Shown piece by piece: positions 12,504 to 25,176 of a DNA stretch of 64,000 bases (its first letter is position 1; each line of letters starts with the position of its first letter). The notes under the pieces were generated by a model. It had not been told where the DNA came from. It saw only the letters and a list, made by a program, of their open reading frames with translations, and searched no databases. Origin of the DNA: Octopus sinensis (Eukaryota); the NCBI RefSeq assembly GCF_006345805.1, contig NC_043017.1:15934001-15998000 (forward strand), written 5' to 3'. The position numbers and the translations under genes were made by a program.

Positions 12504-12596
12504 TTCACTACAGCTGTTTCAGACCTTTTTTTTTTATTGATGAATAAAACTTATTACATCATGGGGGGGGGGGGGGGACCGTTTTCTTCAGGTGAA
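12504..12596 (-). ncRNA. Hammerhead motif with decayed stem II
   Basis: TTCAC-CUGAAGA-...-GAAA-C-AGCT-GU-A|GTGAA. Stems I and III are perfect; stem II pairs poorly. Confidence 0.6.
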
Positions 12597-13455
12597 TTAA
12601 AGTTCAAAATTTGGTCCAGAAAATACCAAGATGTGGAATGTGTATTGACCCTTTCATTTTGGCAACGAGTGAGAGAGTGAATCTATATCTACACAAAGCC
12701 AAATATCATGTATATATATGTATGTGTATGGATGGGTGGATGTATGTGTGTGTGAATGTGTGTGTGTATATTTATATATGTATGTGTGTATGGATGTGTT
12801 CTGTGCAGAATCTAGGCTGGTCACAAACTAAGAAGCAAATCTGCTTTGTTTGAGCCAAGACAGCATTTAAGATTTCTGCTTATTTGTATTGGTTGGTGTC
12901 TGCGTGTATAAATGTGTGTGATGTGTGCTTGTGGATGAACGTGCGTTCATGGCTGTGCACATCACATCAGAACAGAAAGCATGTGTGTATGCTGATATGT
13001 ATATACATTCACTTATCCATTCTTGCATGGCTCAGACAGAATTTGTTGAAGCAGATTTTTGTATGGCCAGGTGCCCTTCCTGTCACCAACCCTCACCTGG
13101 TCCCAAGCAAGGTAGTACTTCCCAACAGCCAGACAGATTCCCACAAGATTTGAAACAAAGGATGGGCTTGTATGATGGTTTGCTTGTTTATGATGACTCT
13201 TGCATGACGGCAAAACAAGGCGACATAAACACACACATCCATACACATATACACACAAGTGTATATGTTCACCTATACAAACACACACACACACATGACA
13301 AGCTCTTTTCAGTTTCCATCTGCCAAATTCACTCACAAGGCTTTGGTTGGTCTGTAGCTATAGTAGAAAACACTTGGTCAAGGTGCCACTCCGTAGGACT
13401 GAACCCAGAACCATGTGAAAAGAAGCAAGCTTCTTACCACACAGCCATGTCTGTG

Positions 13456-13513
<58 letters not shown>

Positions 13514-13825
13514 TATGTCTGATGAGTTGTCCATAGAGCTAAGTGCTTTATGGATGTGAAACCATTAGTTACTCTATGACTGGACATATACTTAACTACA
13601 TACATATATATATATATATAAAGAGTTGTAAACTGTAAAACATAAATGTCACCACAACAACATGAACCTGAAGATTGCATAGTTTAATGCATGAAAGTAC
13701 TAGTTGAATCAAAATAGACATATAATATTCTATCATTTCATTATCTTATATTATATTATTATAAGATTGCATATAAAACGTGAAAATTAGACGAAGTTGG
13801 AATGTCTTTGAGTAATATATATATA

Positions 13826-13859
<34 letters not shown>

Positions 13860-13865
13860 CACACA

Positions 13866-13921
<56 letters not shown>

Positions 13922-13975
13922 TAAATAGAAAATGGAGACAAACACTCAAGATGTTATTAAATTGTTTATATCTTC

Positions 13976-14069
13976 ATATCTCCTACACATGTTTCGATGG
14001 ATGCATCCAAAATACATCCAACAGGATGAATAATGATCAGGAATGCATCAATCTCTTCAGGGAGGATAT
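13976..14069 (-). ncRNA. Type I hammerhead ribozyme motif, canonical core
   Basis: CTCC-CUGAAGA-long stem II (GAT/ATC, GATGCA/TGCATC)-GAAA-C-ATGT-GU-A|GGAG. Parsed by eye. Confidence 0.8.
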
Positions 14070-15235
14070 AAACAACAGCACTCATCAAATAGACATTTTA
14101 ACAGATATATGAAGCTCCAGGAAATGTGACATATATATATATGCATATGCAAACACACATACACACATTTATCATCATCATCATCATCGTTTAACGTCCG
14201 TTTTCCGTGCTAGCACAGGTTGGACGGTTCGACCGGGGTCTGGGAAGCCAGGGGCTGCTCCAGTCTGATCTGGCAGAGTTTCTACGGCTGGATGCCCTTC
14301 CTAACGCCAACCACTCCACTCCATATACATATATATATATACACACATACATATGATGGTCTTTTTCCAGTTTCCAGATCCCGAAGTTATTCGCAAGGCT
14401 TTGTTAGGCTTGAGGCTTCAATAGAAGACACCTGTTCAAGATGCTGTGTTATGGAGTTGACCCTACCGTAGTCAAGGGATTTGCTTTCCACCACATGGTT
14501 GAGATGCACACTTCTTAACTACACACACATATCATATGTAATAATAAAAATAATAACGGTGATTATATTTGTCTATTTATATATGTATGTTTATATGTGT
14601 GTGTGTGTGAATATAATCATGATAATGTCTATAGACTTAAGAGAAAGTTGGTAAACTGGATAATTTCTTCTAACAAAGGTTTTGTGCCAATGACATAAGT
14701 CCACCTTAGTCATCATTAAGACTGAAATAGACGGAGATGTATTTATATCTGTGGGGATTATATATAGATACACACCTCTCTGTCTATCCATACATTCACA
14801 TACACAATCGTATACAATTACACAGGCATATATATACTTGAGTGGGTGTATAGGCATCTCTTTGTCTTTATCTATCTATATACATACATGCATACACACA
14901 CACACACACACACACACATTTGTTCCTCTGCAATGACAAGTTCAAAAGGATTTAGCAATTTATTGTTATTTGTAATTCATACCCTGTAGTTTACTGATGG
15001 GAGTTTGAATGTATCAAAGACACACAGACAGACGGGCAGGCAGGCAGGCAGACGGACAGGCAGGCAGACGGGCAGATGGGCAGTGAAGCCACTGGGCTGT
15101 GTTTCTGTCTGTTTCTAACCCAGATCTGCTTGATTGGTTTATCTGTTTGTGATTCATAATTAAATATAGAAATAATTAAAATTTTTAGTGCTTTTTCATC
15201 TATTGGTATCACTTTCTTGTTTTCTCTCCCTCCCT

Positions 15236-15274
<39 letters not shown>

Positions 15275-15431
15275 CATTGATCTGTGTATCTGTCTGTCTA
15301 TTTCTCTGCTGTCTGTCTGTGTGTCCACTCACACACATTTCTCTCTGTAAAATACTGCATGCATTAAATGTGTGTGTGTGTGTGTGTGCGGTGTCACATG
15401 GTGGTGAGACATGGACATTGAATGTGGAAGC

Positions 15432-15472
<41 letters not shown>

Positions 15473-16395
15473 TCAAGTATGAATCGTTTAGGTTTATAAT
15501 ATTAATTTATACGAAAGGGCAAAGAGAGAAGGAGAGAGAGAGGGGGGAACAGACTCTGTGTGTGTGTGTGTGTACGGGAGATCTGAGTGTACTGGGATGG
15601 AAATGTGTGTTGGGAATTAGGTGTGTGGGGAGTGGGAGCTGAGGGGTGGTACCACGGCGTAGGGAACTAGTTGTTGTTTACCTCCATCGTGTGTTTTGTA
15701 TTGCATACCTTGGAGTACATTAGTCAACATGTGTTTCTGTAACCAAGTCAGCAGTAGGATGTCATTTGAGGGAGATTTGGCTGTCATTTCTAGTAGATCA
15801 AGTAACCATATAAAGGCTCTGTTAGAGGCAGGTACATGTAGTGATGATGATGCTGATGGTGCTGAAATAGTTGTGTTAATGATGGTAAAGATGATGATGA
15901 TGATGGAGATGTTGATGCTTGGGTTGTTGGTGGGGATCCTTTTTGGAATCACAAACCATTTCTCTATTCCTCAAAGCAAATTTCCAAAAGTGGACAGATT
16001 CTTTACGAGGTACACAGACTTGAGACAGAAAAAGAATCAAGCAAGAGAAGGTGTTGAAAGGAATTGAACCCCTATTGCTTACCTGGTAAATTGTGTTACC
16101 AGTGTGAGACTTGAAATAAGTGCTGGGGGTTATGGAATCAACAGAGACCCTTACAGATGCTGAGCCAGTGCACCAGCATGGCCTCAGTCAAATGACTGGA
16201 ATCAGCAACTGAAAACTATATACATACATATATATATATAAATTAGAAAAAAACCCACCTTTCATCAATTCAGTAATGAAAAATTAAATTATACCATCTA
16301 GAAAATTACATATTATGGAAAGATTAAATATAAGATAAAACATATAACAATGATTAAGTAATTTTTCCCTATAAGTTTGGAATAATATTACCTCA

Positions 16396-16432
<37 letters not shown>

Positions 16433-16641
16433 TAAAATAAAGAGTATGGAGACTTGTATATCCACAAAATAATATACAGCAGATTATAATGACCTACACA
16501 TGTTTCCATGTTTCTGACAATTTTTACTGTCCAGCAAAGAGTACACAGAATCACTCATCGGAAGTATTCACACAGTGACTAACAACTAAATGTAGACACA
16601 GATGTTAGGTTCTGATCCTCATTGTGACCTCCAAATTCACT

Positions 16642-16676
<35 letters not shown>

Positions 16677-17383
16677 CATCATCATCGTTTAACGTCCGTT
16701 TTCCGTGCTAGCACGGGTTGGACGGTTCGACTGGGGTCTGGGAAGCCAGGAGGCTGCATCAGGCTCCAATCTGATCTGGCAGTGTTTCTACAGCTGGATG
16801 CCCTTCTTAACGCCAACCACTCCACGAGTGAAGTGGGTGCTTTTCATGTGCCACCGGAGGCTGGCAGCAGCCACGATTGGTTGGTGCTTTTTACATGCCA
16901 CCGGCACAGAAGCCAGTCAAGACGGCGCTGGCATCGGCCACGTTCGGACGGTGCTTTTTGTGTGCCACCGGCACAGGTATCACAACTACAATTTCCATTA
17001 GATATTTATTTTGATATATATAGAAATGCATATATATATATTGGTATAGTTTCCAGTTCCGTTAAGTTAAGATCAGCAAACAATGTACTGCATCCAATGA
17101 AAGATAAACATCATTCAATGTAGACAGAACAACGATATGAGTTGTTAGAAGTTTCTTCATTTGGAAACACAGGTCTAGGCAGGTTTTCATAACGTACCTT
17201 ATATTTCTGAGCAATCTTCAGAAAGATGGATGGATAGACAGAAGGATGGATGGGTGTGTGTGTGGGTGCACGCATGCATATATATATTTACACACATGCA
17301 CACATATATGAATGCATATACAAACAGTGTAATCAACTAGTCCCCTCCGCACAAATTTCAAACTTTGTACCTTTAGTAGCAAA

Positions 17384-17747
17384 GATTATTATTATTATTA
17401 TTATCTTAGCACAGCTTCTAACGCTGGAGATGCACTATGGTGCCAGCTGTTCACTGCCAGTGAACTAAAGTAACAGCCCTTATTTTCCGAGCACTTTCCG
17501 GAGTATTCGAGTGATCCCAGGCAGTGCTGTTTTCTGCAAGTGCTCCACCCTTACTGCAGCCCCTATTTGCTCCATGTACTTCTCAAGATTTTTACTCACT
17601 GCTCCCAGGGCTCCGACAGTTATTGGTACTACTACCACCTTTTCCATCGACCACAACTGCTTAACCTCCCAAGCTAACCTGTCATATCTCTCGACTTTTC
17701 TTTCTTCCTTATCGCATACCTTGTTGTCAGCTGGGCATGCCATGTCT
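17384..17747 (-). mobile_element. 5'-truncated R4/Dong-like LINE within a (TTA)n tract
   Basis: ORF 17480-17743 reads CPAD...KEERKVERYDRLAWEVKQLW...VVPITVGALG...LQKTALPGITRILRKVLGK*, an REL-domain C-terminus. (TTA)n is present on both flanks. Confidence 0.85.
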
Positions 17748-18497
17748 TATTATTATTATTATTATTATTATAAGTATTATTATATTATTATTATTATTAT
17801 TATTATTTCTAAGGTGGTGAACTGACAAAATCGTTAGTATGTCGGGCAAAATGCTTAGCGCCATTTTCTTTCAGTGCTTTCTATTCTGAATTCAAATTCT
17901 GTTGGTGGTCAACTTTGCCCTTCATCCTTTTCGGGGTCAGTAAAATGAAGTACCAGTCAAGGACTGGGGGTCAGTATAATTGACTAGCTCCCTGCCTCCC
18001 ACCAAAATTTCAGTCTTTGTACCAAAACGTTAAAAGAACTACTACTACTTATCTGTTGATGGTGTTTGTTTGAACACCACACAGACTGACTCATGCATTC
18101 ACTCACACTTATATACAGAGTGGTTGATGGTGACAGTGATGGTGATGGTGATGATGGTGACTATGCCTACATTCGCACACACACATCCGTGGTTGCTGTT
18201 TGAGGATGAGGCTGATGACATTAGAGAAGCATCTTCACTGTTACAAAAACAACCACCACCATCATCATCATCATCTCTTGCATGACTTGCCGTTGTTGTG
18301 GTGACTTAACCATCCATCCTTTCATCATTTTATCATTTATTAAGTGGCTACTCATCCATTATGTGTGGTGGTGTAGTGGGTGGGGGTATAACAGGAAAAA
18401 TGTATTTTCCGCTTAACTTTGACACAAATCAGTAAATGTCTTGTTTTACTGATTCCTGCTTCAGAACAATCATTTGCAGCTCAGCACATTTAGGGTT

Positions 18498-18547
18498 ATT
18501 CATCACTGAGGAGGCCAAATTAAGTTGAAACACTGTGTCTAGTGAAT
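18498..18547 (+). ncRNA. Hammerhead motif, GUC site, weak stem II
   Basis: ATTCATCA-CUGAGGA-GGC...GUU-GAAA-CAC-T-GTGU-C|TAGTGAAT. Stem I pairs at 7 of 8 positions. Confidence 0.6.
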
Positions 18548-19817
18548 CACTGAGCAAAGCCCTTTGTTTTTAACACCCTCTGTATACACCACCTTGTATG
18601 ACCCCTTCCCCCTCTCTGTCACATCATCTTTCTCTCCTCTTTCTCTTTCAATCTAAGGAGACCATGTCTCTCTTCTAATGCAAGACACCTTTTTTGTCCC
18701 TCAGTACTCCCCCGACCCAGCTGAGGGATCTTGTGCTGCAGAAAAAGCACCCAATTCACTCTGTAAAGTGGTTGGTGTCAGGAAGGGCATCCATCCTTAG
18801 GTACCATTCCAAAAGTGGCAGCACAGCTTGGTATAGTCTTCTGACTTGCCAGTAATTGTCAAACCATCCAACCCATGCCAGCATGGAAAACGGAGGTTGA
18901 ATAGTGATGACGATAATGATGAAGTGTTTTTGAGAAGTTTTTTCTGAGACATAGCATAACATCTGTGCCATTCCCTGTTTATATATCCATTTTAAATGTT
19001 ACACATCCACTGGTATTTTGATTCAAAGCTTATTCAAATGTTGCGCTGGGTGGGGCGAATGAACTGTACGAAGAACATTAGAATCCTTAAAGCTGTACTC
19101 TATAACGAGGAGGTGAAGTGTAGAAGCTGTGAAAGAGGGGGAAAGTCGTTATGAGATTGTCATTAAATCTCATCTCAGTGAAGTGGATGAGTCGATTGTG
19201 TCTGCATGGGAGGAGATGACAGCAATAGCAGGAAAGACTTAAATGTTGTAAAGTGAAATTGAATAAACATACATAGATATCTAGATGCAATCTGGGAAAG
19301 CTGGGGTCTTCAGAAAAAGAAATCAACCCACTAACTCGCCCCTTACAAATGCGACCTGTAAGAGGAACAGTAAAAATCTGCAAGACTTTTCTCAAGTTGA
19401 ATATGTGTGACATTGTTTTTGTTATCTACATTTGAAAAGTGGTTCTTTGTTAGAAACCAGCTGCTTCTTCAGAGGAAGAATTTAAGAGAACTCGTATATA
19501 CATGTGAGTGTTTACACCAGTTTAATTAAAGGGAAAAACAGGTTTAGATTGTATCATTTCTATGTATATATATTTCCTATAACTTAGCAGTTTGACGTGG
19601 AGAAATTAATAAAGAATGGCCCATGGGGTAAATATGTGTGGAGGTGAGTATGAGGGACAAAAGTCCTGGAGGGCAGTGCTCCAGCATTGCCACAGTCCAG
19701 TGAGAGAAATCAGTAGAAGAAAAACCAACATTCTAAATATGTGCACACACACACACACACACATGCACACACAGATGTACTCATACACATATATAAAAAC
19801 AAATGCACATGCATTTA

Positions 19818-19857
<40 letters not shown>

Positions 19858-19902
19858 CACGCACACACACACGCACACACACGCACACACACACACACAC
19901 AC

Positions 19903-19933
<31 letters not shown>

Positions 19934-20032
19934 ATTAAATAGAAATGAACTTATATAATTTCCTTGTATTCAGGCACTTCTCTCTGTCCTAATTCTTTTG
20001 GTGGTGGCAGTGCTAAGACTACTACCACTATT

Positions 20033-20066
<34 letters not shown>

Positions 20067-20639
20067 ATGCACTCACACACACACACACACACACACATAT
20101 GCACACACACACTCTCTATCCTATTAAATTCAGTTCTCTTGTGAAAGGTCAGATCCTGTATAATATAGCTGAGAAATTTCTGTACACACTATTGTACATG
20201 TGGTGTGTGTGTATATATAAGACTCTGTGTGTGTATATATAAGACTCTGTGTGTGTATATACACACACACAGTTCATATATAAACTCTAAATCACTTTTA
20301 ACTTCATGATTCACCACCACCACTGCTGCTCTCTGTCTGTGTGTGTGTGTGTGATGGCTGGTATAAATTACAGTTGTTGGCTAATTCCTCTTGTCATAGT
20401 TCACATTGTATAGAGAGAAAGACAGATACAGATGGAGAGATGATGTACAAAGTGCAGGATGAGTGCACACATTAGGCTTGGTGGCAGGCAATGAGTAATT
20501 GAATGCTCTCTCTCTCTCTCTTTCTTTCAATACACACACACACACACACACACAGAATGCAAAAGAATCATAGCCACAGAGGAGAGGGAGTAATATATAC
20601 ATATATACATACATACATCAATATATATATATATAGATG

Positions 20640-20673
<34 letters not shown>

Positions 20674-20994
20674 GTGAGTGTATAACATATCTTGTGTGTA
20701 TATAAACAATTATATATTATACGCAATATTTTCTCTGTTGCGTTTGTGTATAATGTATATGCATATGTATATACATATATGTTTATCTCTCTCTCTTTCT
20801 CTCAATGTATATATATGACACCTGTGTGTGTGTGTATATATATACATGCACACACAGGTGTCTTTTCTTTATTTTTCCAGGTTAAGTCAGTTGACCACAA
20901 TGCCACCCCTCACCCTTCCCCCAATCAAAACAAGCCACTCCATCCCTCTCTCTCTCCATCCCTCTCTCTCTCCATCCCTCTCTCTCTCTATCCC

Positions 20995-21027
<33 letters not shown>

Positions 21028-21394
21028 TTCTCTCCCTCTTACCATCTCCCCCCTCTGAATCGGCTGAAATCTTAATTAGAAAGTTCTATTTTAGTCTCTT
21101 TAATTAACCACTTCGTTAGCGTGATTAGTTAATTGTTAAAAGGCTGGAAGTCATTCAGGTTTTATTTTTTTTATTGTATTTGTTATTCATTCTCATACAA
21201 ACATATCACATACGGACACACACACATTAACATACCTTGACAAGAGATATACACAATTGGCATATATACATATATACACAACATACATGCATACACCCAC
21301 ATACATAGATATACACATTTGACATACATACACACATACATATGTTAGCACATATACACATACACATGTCATACATTTGATATACGCAGATGGT

Positions 21395-22770
21395 GGAAAT
21401 CGACTTGTGACCGAGTAAGACCACTTTTGAAATCCATTCCACTCCCAAGAAATACTTTGTTTGGTTTCCCCATCATTGACAGAATCTCACGTGGTCCCTA
21501 AAGCCTGCACCGGACCTATGGGTCATTCCACATTGACCACAAGTCGGTCTCCATGCAGCAGCAGCAGCAACAGCCTGACCATCTGTATGTTGTGACCTAC
21601 ACTACTGAATGAATCCACTGGCCAACCCCCACACACTGCTGCACAAGGTGCACAAGAGAGCATGCTGGATATCACATTGGTTGAAAGGGGACACTTCTGA
21701 AACCAAGTTTGCAACTGAATAGGCCCTAGCTTTCCTCTGAGAAGCAGGCATGACCACCCAGGTCACACAAAAGAGACTCTTTCGTGCCCTCATCACAGGA
21801 ATTGGGTTGACATCTTCCATTTATTTACCAGCACATTTCAACTCAGGGTATGCAACCCTCTTGTTCTTCAACACCAATAGCAATCAGATTCCTCCACGGC
21901 TCTCCATCTGATGCAAAAGATTCCCAGACATTAATACCAATATTGATCTTTTGTGGCTGGAACTGGAGGTGTTTTCCTTGCTCCAGCTCGTCACACCCTA
22001 CCTGTTTAGGCATGCAGGTGTCCCCTAAACAGAGAACATGACCAGACCGTCCAATGTAGTATTTCATAATCATAGACTCAATATTCCTCATTTTCTGCAG
22101 CTGTTTAGTACTCTGGCAGCAGACACATTCGGTTGCCATCAGGTCTTCAGGATATTACGCAAGCATCGCTGGTGGATTCGCTAAAGACATTGGATATTCT
22201 TGCAGGAGGTTCTTCAGATCTCACATTCAAACAACATTACTGTTGAGGCGCAGGCTTCGTAAACCTCACCTTTCATTGCTGTTTCGATGTCTGATTACAA
22301 CCAAAGCTTTCCTAATGCATCACAAGCCTTGGAATCACTCCATCTGTTACGACGACAAGGGTTCCGGTTGATCCGAATCAACGGAACAGCCTGCTCGTGA
22401 AATTAATGTGTAAGTGGCTGAGCACTCCACAGACACGTGTACCCTTAACGTAGTTCTCGGGGATATTCAGCGTGACACAGAGAGTGACAAGGCCGGCCCT
22501 TTGAAATACAGGTACAACAGAAACAGGAAGTAAGAGTGAGAGAAAGTTGTGGTGAAAGAGTACAGCAGGGATCACCACCATCCCCTGCCGGAGCCTCGTG
22601 GAGCTTTTAGGTGTTTTCGCTCAATAAACACTCACAACGCCCGGTCTGGGAATCGAAACCGCGATCCTATGACTGTGAGTCCGCTGCCCTAACCACTGGG
22701 CCATTGCGCCTCCACTATCACAAGCCTTAACAAGTCTCTAACTGAACTACTCAGCAAATGGATTAAATCA
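21395..22770 (-). mobile_element. RTE (BovB/Expander-like) LINE 3' fragment interrupted by a SINE
   Basis: Minus strand reads RLVKAC.ALGKLW..., KGEVYEAC..TV.L.ECE.., HQRCLRNILK, GRSGHVL..GDTCMPKQV...ELEQGK and a terminal PTCGQCG..H zinc-finger-like motif. Frameshifts and stops are present. Confidence 0.85.
22331..22716 (-). mobile_element. Full-length tRNA-derived SINE (family D, OR1-like) with 12 bp TSD
   Basis: Minus-strand tRNA-like head GGAGGCGCAATGGCCCAGTGGTTAGGGC...GGTTTCGATTCC. The body is shared with 35635-35940 and 42750-43045. TSD ATCACAAGCCTT lies at 22319-22330 and 22717-22728. The family name is from memory. Confidence 0.9.
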
Positions 22771-23204
22771 CACACACACACACACACACACAAGCACTAT
22801 TGAATATGTTTAACAAATTTCATTCTGTAACTAAATACCAGGTATTCGCAGGTGACACACTTATTGTTCTCTACCTGTCTTTCTGTGTGCATGTGTGTGT
22901 ATGTGTGTGTGTGTGTAAATGTAGTTAGACTTTTGACACTGTTATCTCCCTTTGTCTGTCAGTCTTACTGTAGAGGCTTACTGTGCGTGACATCTCTCTC
23001 TCTCTCTCAATATGCCTCTCTCCTACTCACTCTTCACCTTCCCATACGTCTGTTTGTCTGTCTCTGTCTCTCTGTATGTATATATATGTATATATATATA
23101 TATCATCATCATCATCGTTTAATGTCCGTTTTCCAACCCATGCTAGCATGGAAAACGGACGTTAAATGATGATGATGATATATATATATATATTCTTCAT
23201 TTAC

Positions 23205-23582
23205 TAATTTCAGTCATTTGATTGTGGCCATGCTGAACTGGTGCCACTGCCTTGAAGAGTAGTGGAACAAATCAACCCCAGGACTTATTATTTTAAAGTC
23301 TAGCACTTATTCTATCACTCCCTTTTGCTGAACCACTCAGTTATGGGGACATAAACACACCAACACCAGTTCTCAAGTGGAGAGGGGGAGAGACAAACAC
23401 AGACACAAAGACACACACACATAGATACATACATACATACATGAATGACAGGTTTCTTTTCAGTTTCCATTTACCAAATCCACTCACAAGATTTTGGTCA
23501 GCTCAAGGCTCTAGTAGAAGGCACTTGCCCAAGAACTATGTGGTTGGGAAACAATCTTCTTACGACATGGCCACACCTGCGC
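23205..23582 (-). mobile_element. Near full-length SINE family A
   Basis: Reverse-complement match to 33873-34252. Confidence 0.85.
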
Positions 23583-23583
23583 C

Positions 23584-23638
<55 letters not shown>

Positions 23639-24129
23639 GTATGTATTTAAATACACACCTCCCTCCTTTCCTCTGTCTGTCTTTCTTTCTTTCTCCCCCC
23701 CCCCCCAATTTATTCTATTTCCCAGATTACAACAACATAACACTATTTCTAATGACATTCATCTCTGACAAAACTGACAGTAATTATTATAATTAAATAA
23801 TCACTAATTAAAATTTCAAACTAATACTCGTTAGACAAGTGACACAATCTCCATCGTCTGTTGAATCCAAGACGATTACATCATAGAAAAGCCATTTCTC
23901 CCGTTTAAACAAAAAAAAAACAAAAACACACCAAAACCGTTGACTTTTGTTTGTTTCTTAATATTTCTCTACAGGAAAACACTGACTTTATTCTACTCAC
24001 TTCCCAGCATGCTTCATTTCTGACCCAGCATAATTTTTTTCTTTTTTTATTCATCATCTATTTTGATGAAGGGTGGCTGTCAGAAACATCAGTTTGTCTT
24101 CCTTTCTAATTTACATTTTTTTTAAACTT

Positions 24130-24132
24130 ATA

Positions 24133-24173
<41 letters not shown>

Positions 24174-24330
24174 TATATATAATGTGTGTATGTGTGTGTG
24201 TGTGTACATAGTATATATATTGTATACATATATATGTATATATACATACACACTATCTATCTGTATACACACACTATATATATATATATATATATATGTG
24301 TATATACAGATAGATAGTGTGTGTGTATGT

Positions 24331-24361
<31 letters not shown>

Positions 24362-24416
24362 GATAGTGTGTGTATATATATATATATATTTATTTATATA
24401 TATAGATAGATAAATA

Positions 24417-24453
<37 letters not shown>

Positions 24454-24460
24454 CACACAC
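24130..24460. repeat. Compound (TA)n/(TG)n microsatellite block
   Basis: Direct reading. Other long (TA)n tracts lie at 36071-36125, 48350-48425 and 53856-53920. Confidence 0.95.
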
Positions 24461-24462
24461 AC

Positions 24463-24765
24463 ATTGTGGGGTTGTAAGTACAATTCCTGGACCGGACTGC
24501 GTGTTGTGTTCTTGGGCAAGACACTTTATTTCGTGTTGCTCCAGTTCACTCAGCTGTAGAAATGAGTTGTGGCGTCATTGGTGCCATGCTGTATCGGCCC
24601 CTTTGCCTTTCCCTTGGATAACATCGGTGGCATGGGGAGAGGCAGGGCTGGTATGCATGGGTGACTGCTGACCTTCCATAAACAACCTTGCCCAGACTTG
24701 TGCCTCAGAGGGTAACTCTCTAGGTGCAAACCCATGGTCAGTGTCTGACCAAAGGGGGTCACCAC
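24463..24765 (+). mobile_element. tRNA-derived SINE with a GTGTTGTGTTCTTGGGCAAGACAC central domain
   Basis: GTACAATTCC B-box-like motif followed by TTGGGCAAGACACTTTATTTCGTGTTGCTCCAGTTCACTCAGCTG, a conserved SINE central-domain type. Confidence 0.7.
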
Positions 24766-25049
24766 CATTAGAGATATAGGGTAAAGAATTATTAATTTAA
24801 TAATTAATAAATTTTACCAAGTAGTTTCAGTATGGAAAAAACCATTATCGGTAAAAACTTATACAAAAAAATTTTTTTATATAAATATAAATATAATTAA
24901 GGGTTTAGCAACAAGTTGCTTCACCACATACCGAAAATTTAGAAATAGCAGCCAAAGACGGCTACAAATATGACTCCACAGACAACAATATTTGTAACTC
25001 ACATAGGCAAAAAGAAGAGAAAATAACGAAATCAAACAGTCTACGATTA

Positions 25050-25107
25050 ATTATGGACGTGTTTCTGGATTAGAATTATACAAATTCATTTCCTTCATCA
25101 GCATAAT
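25050..25107 (-). ncRNA. Type I hammerhead ribozyme motif, GUC site
   Basis: ATTATG-CUGAUGA-A-GGA...UCC-A-GAAA-C-AC-GU-C|CATAAT, with a perfect 6 bp stem I. Confidence 0.78.
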
Positions 25108-25123
25108 ATTTCGAGAATTCTCG

Positions 25124-25176
<53 letters not shown>

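Noticed and set aside
13517-13572. CUGAUGA...GAAAC-CATTA-GUU hammerhead-like motif
   Set aside because: Stem I is only 2 bp and alternative pairings compete. It is counted only as a weak member and not annotated.
15976-16010. Possible phase-0 micro-exon (QISKSGQILYE) upstream of the taperin-like exon
   Set aside because: The donor GTACAC is weak and there is no similarity to the expected upstream family motif. Such AG...GT pairs arise by chance.
16491-16565. CCGAUGA...GAAAC-ATGT-GUA motif on the minus strand
   Set aside because: U4C core change with poor stems I and II. Probably a decayed relative of the 13976 motif.
22640-22716. tRNA-like sequence with A and B boxes
   Set aside because: It is the head of a TSD-flanked SINE, not a stand-alone tRNA gene. 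The same applies to the other SINE heads and the decayed head at about 34378-34445.
24062-24093. TTGATGAAGG...GAAACATCAG Penelope-like end; similar traces at 877-940, 12354-12392 and 37850-37880
   Set aside because: Too many core or stem defects to support as ribozymes.
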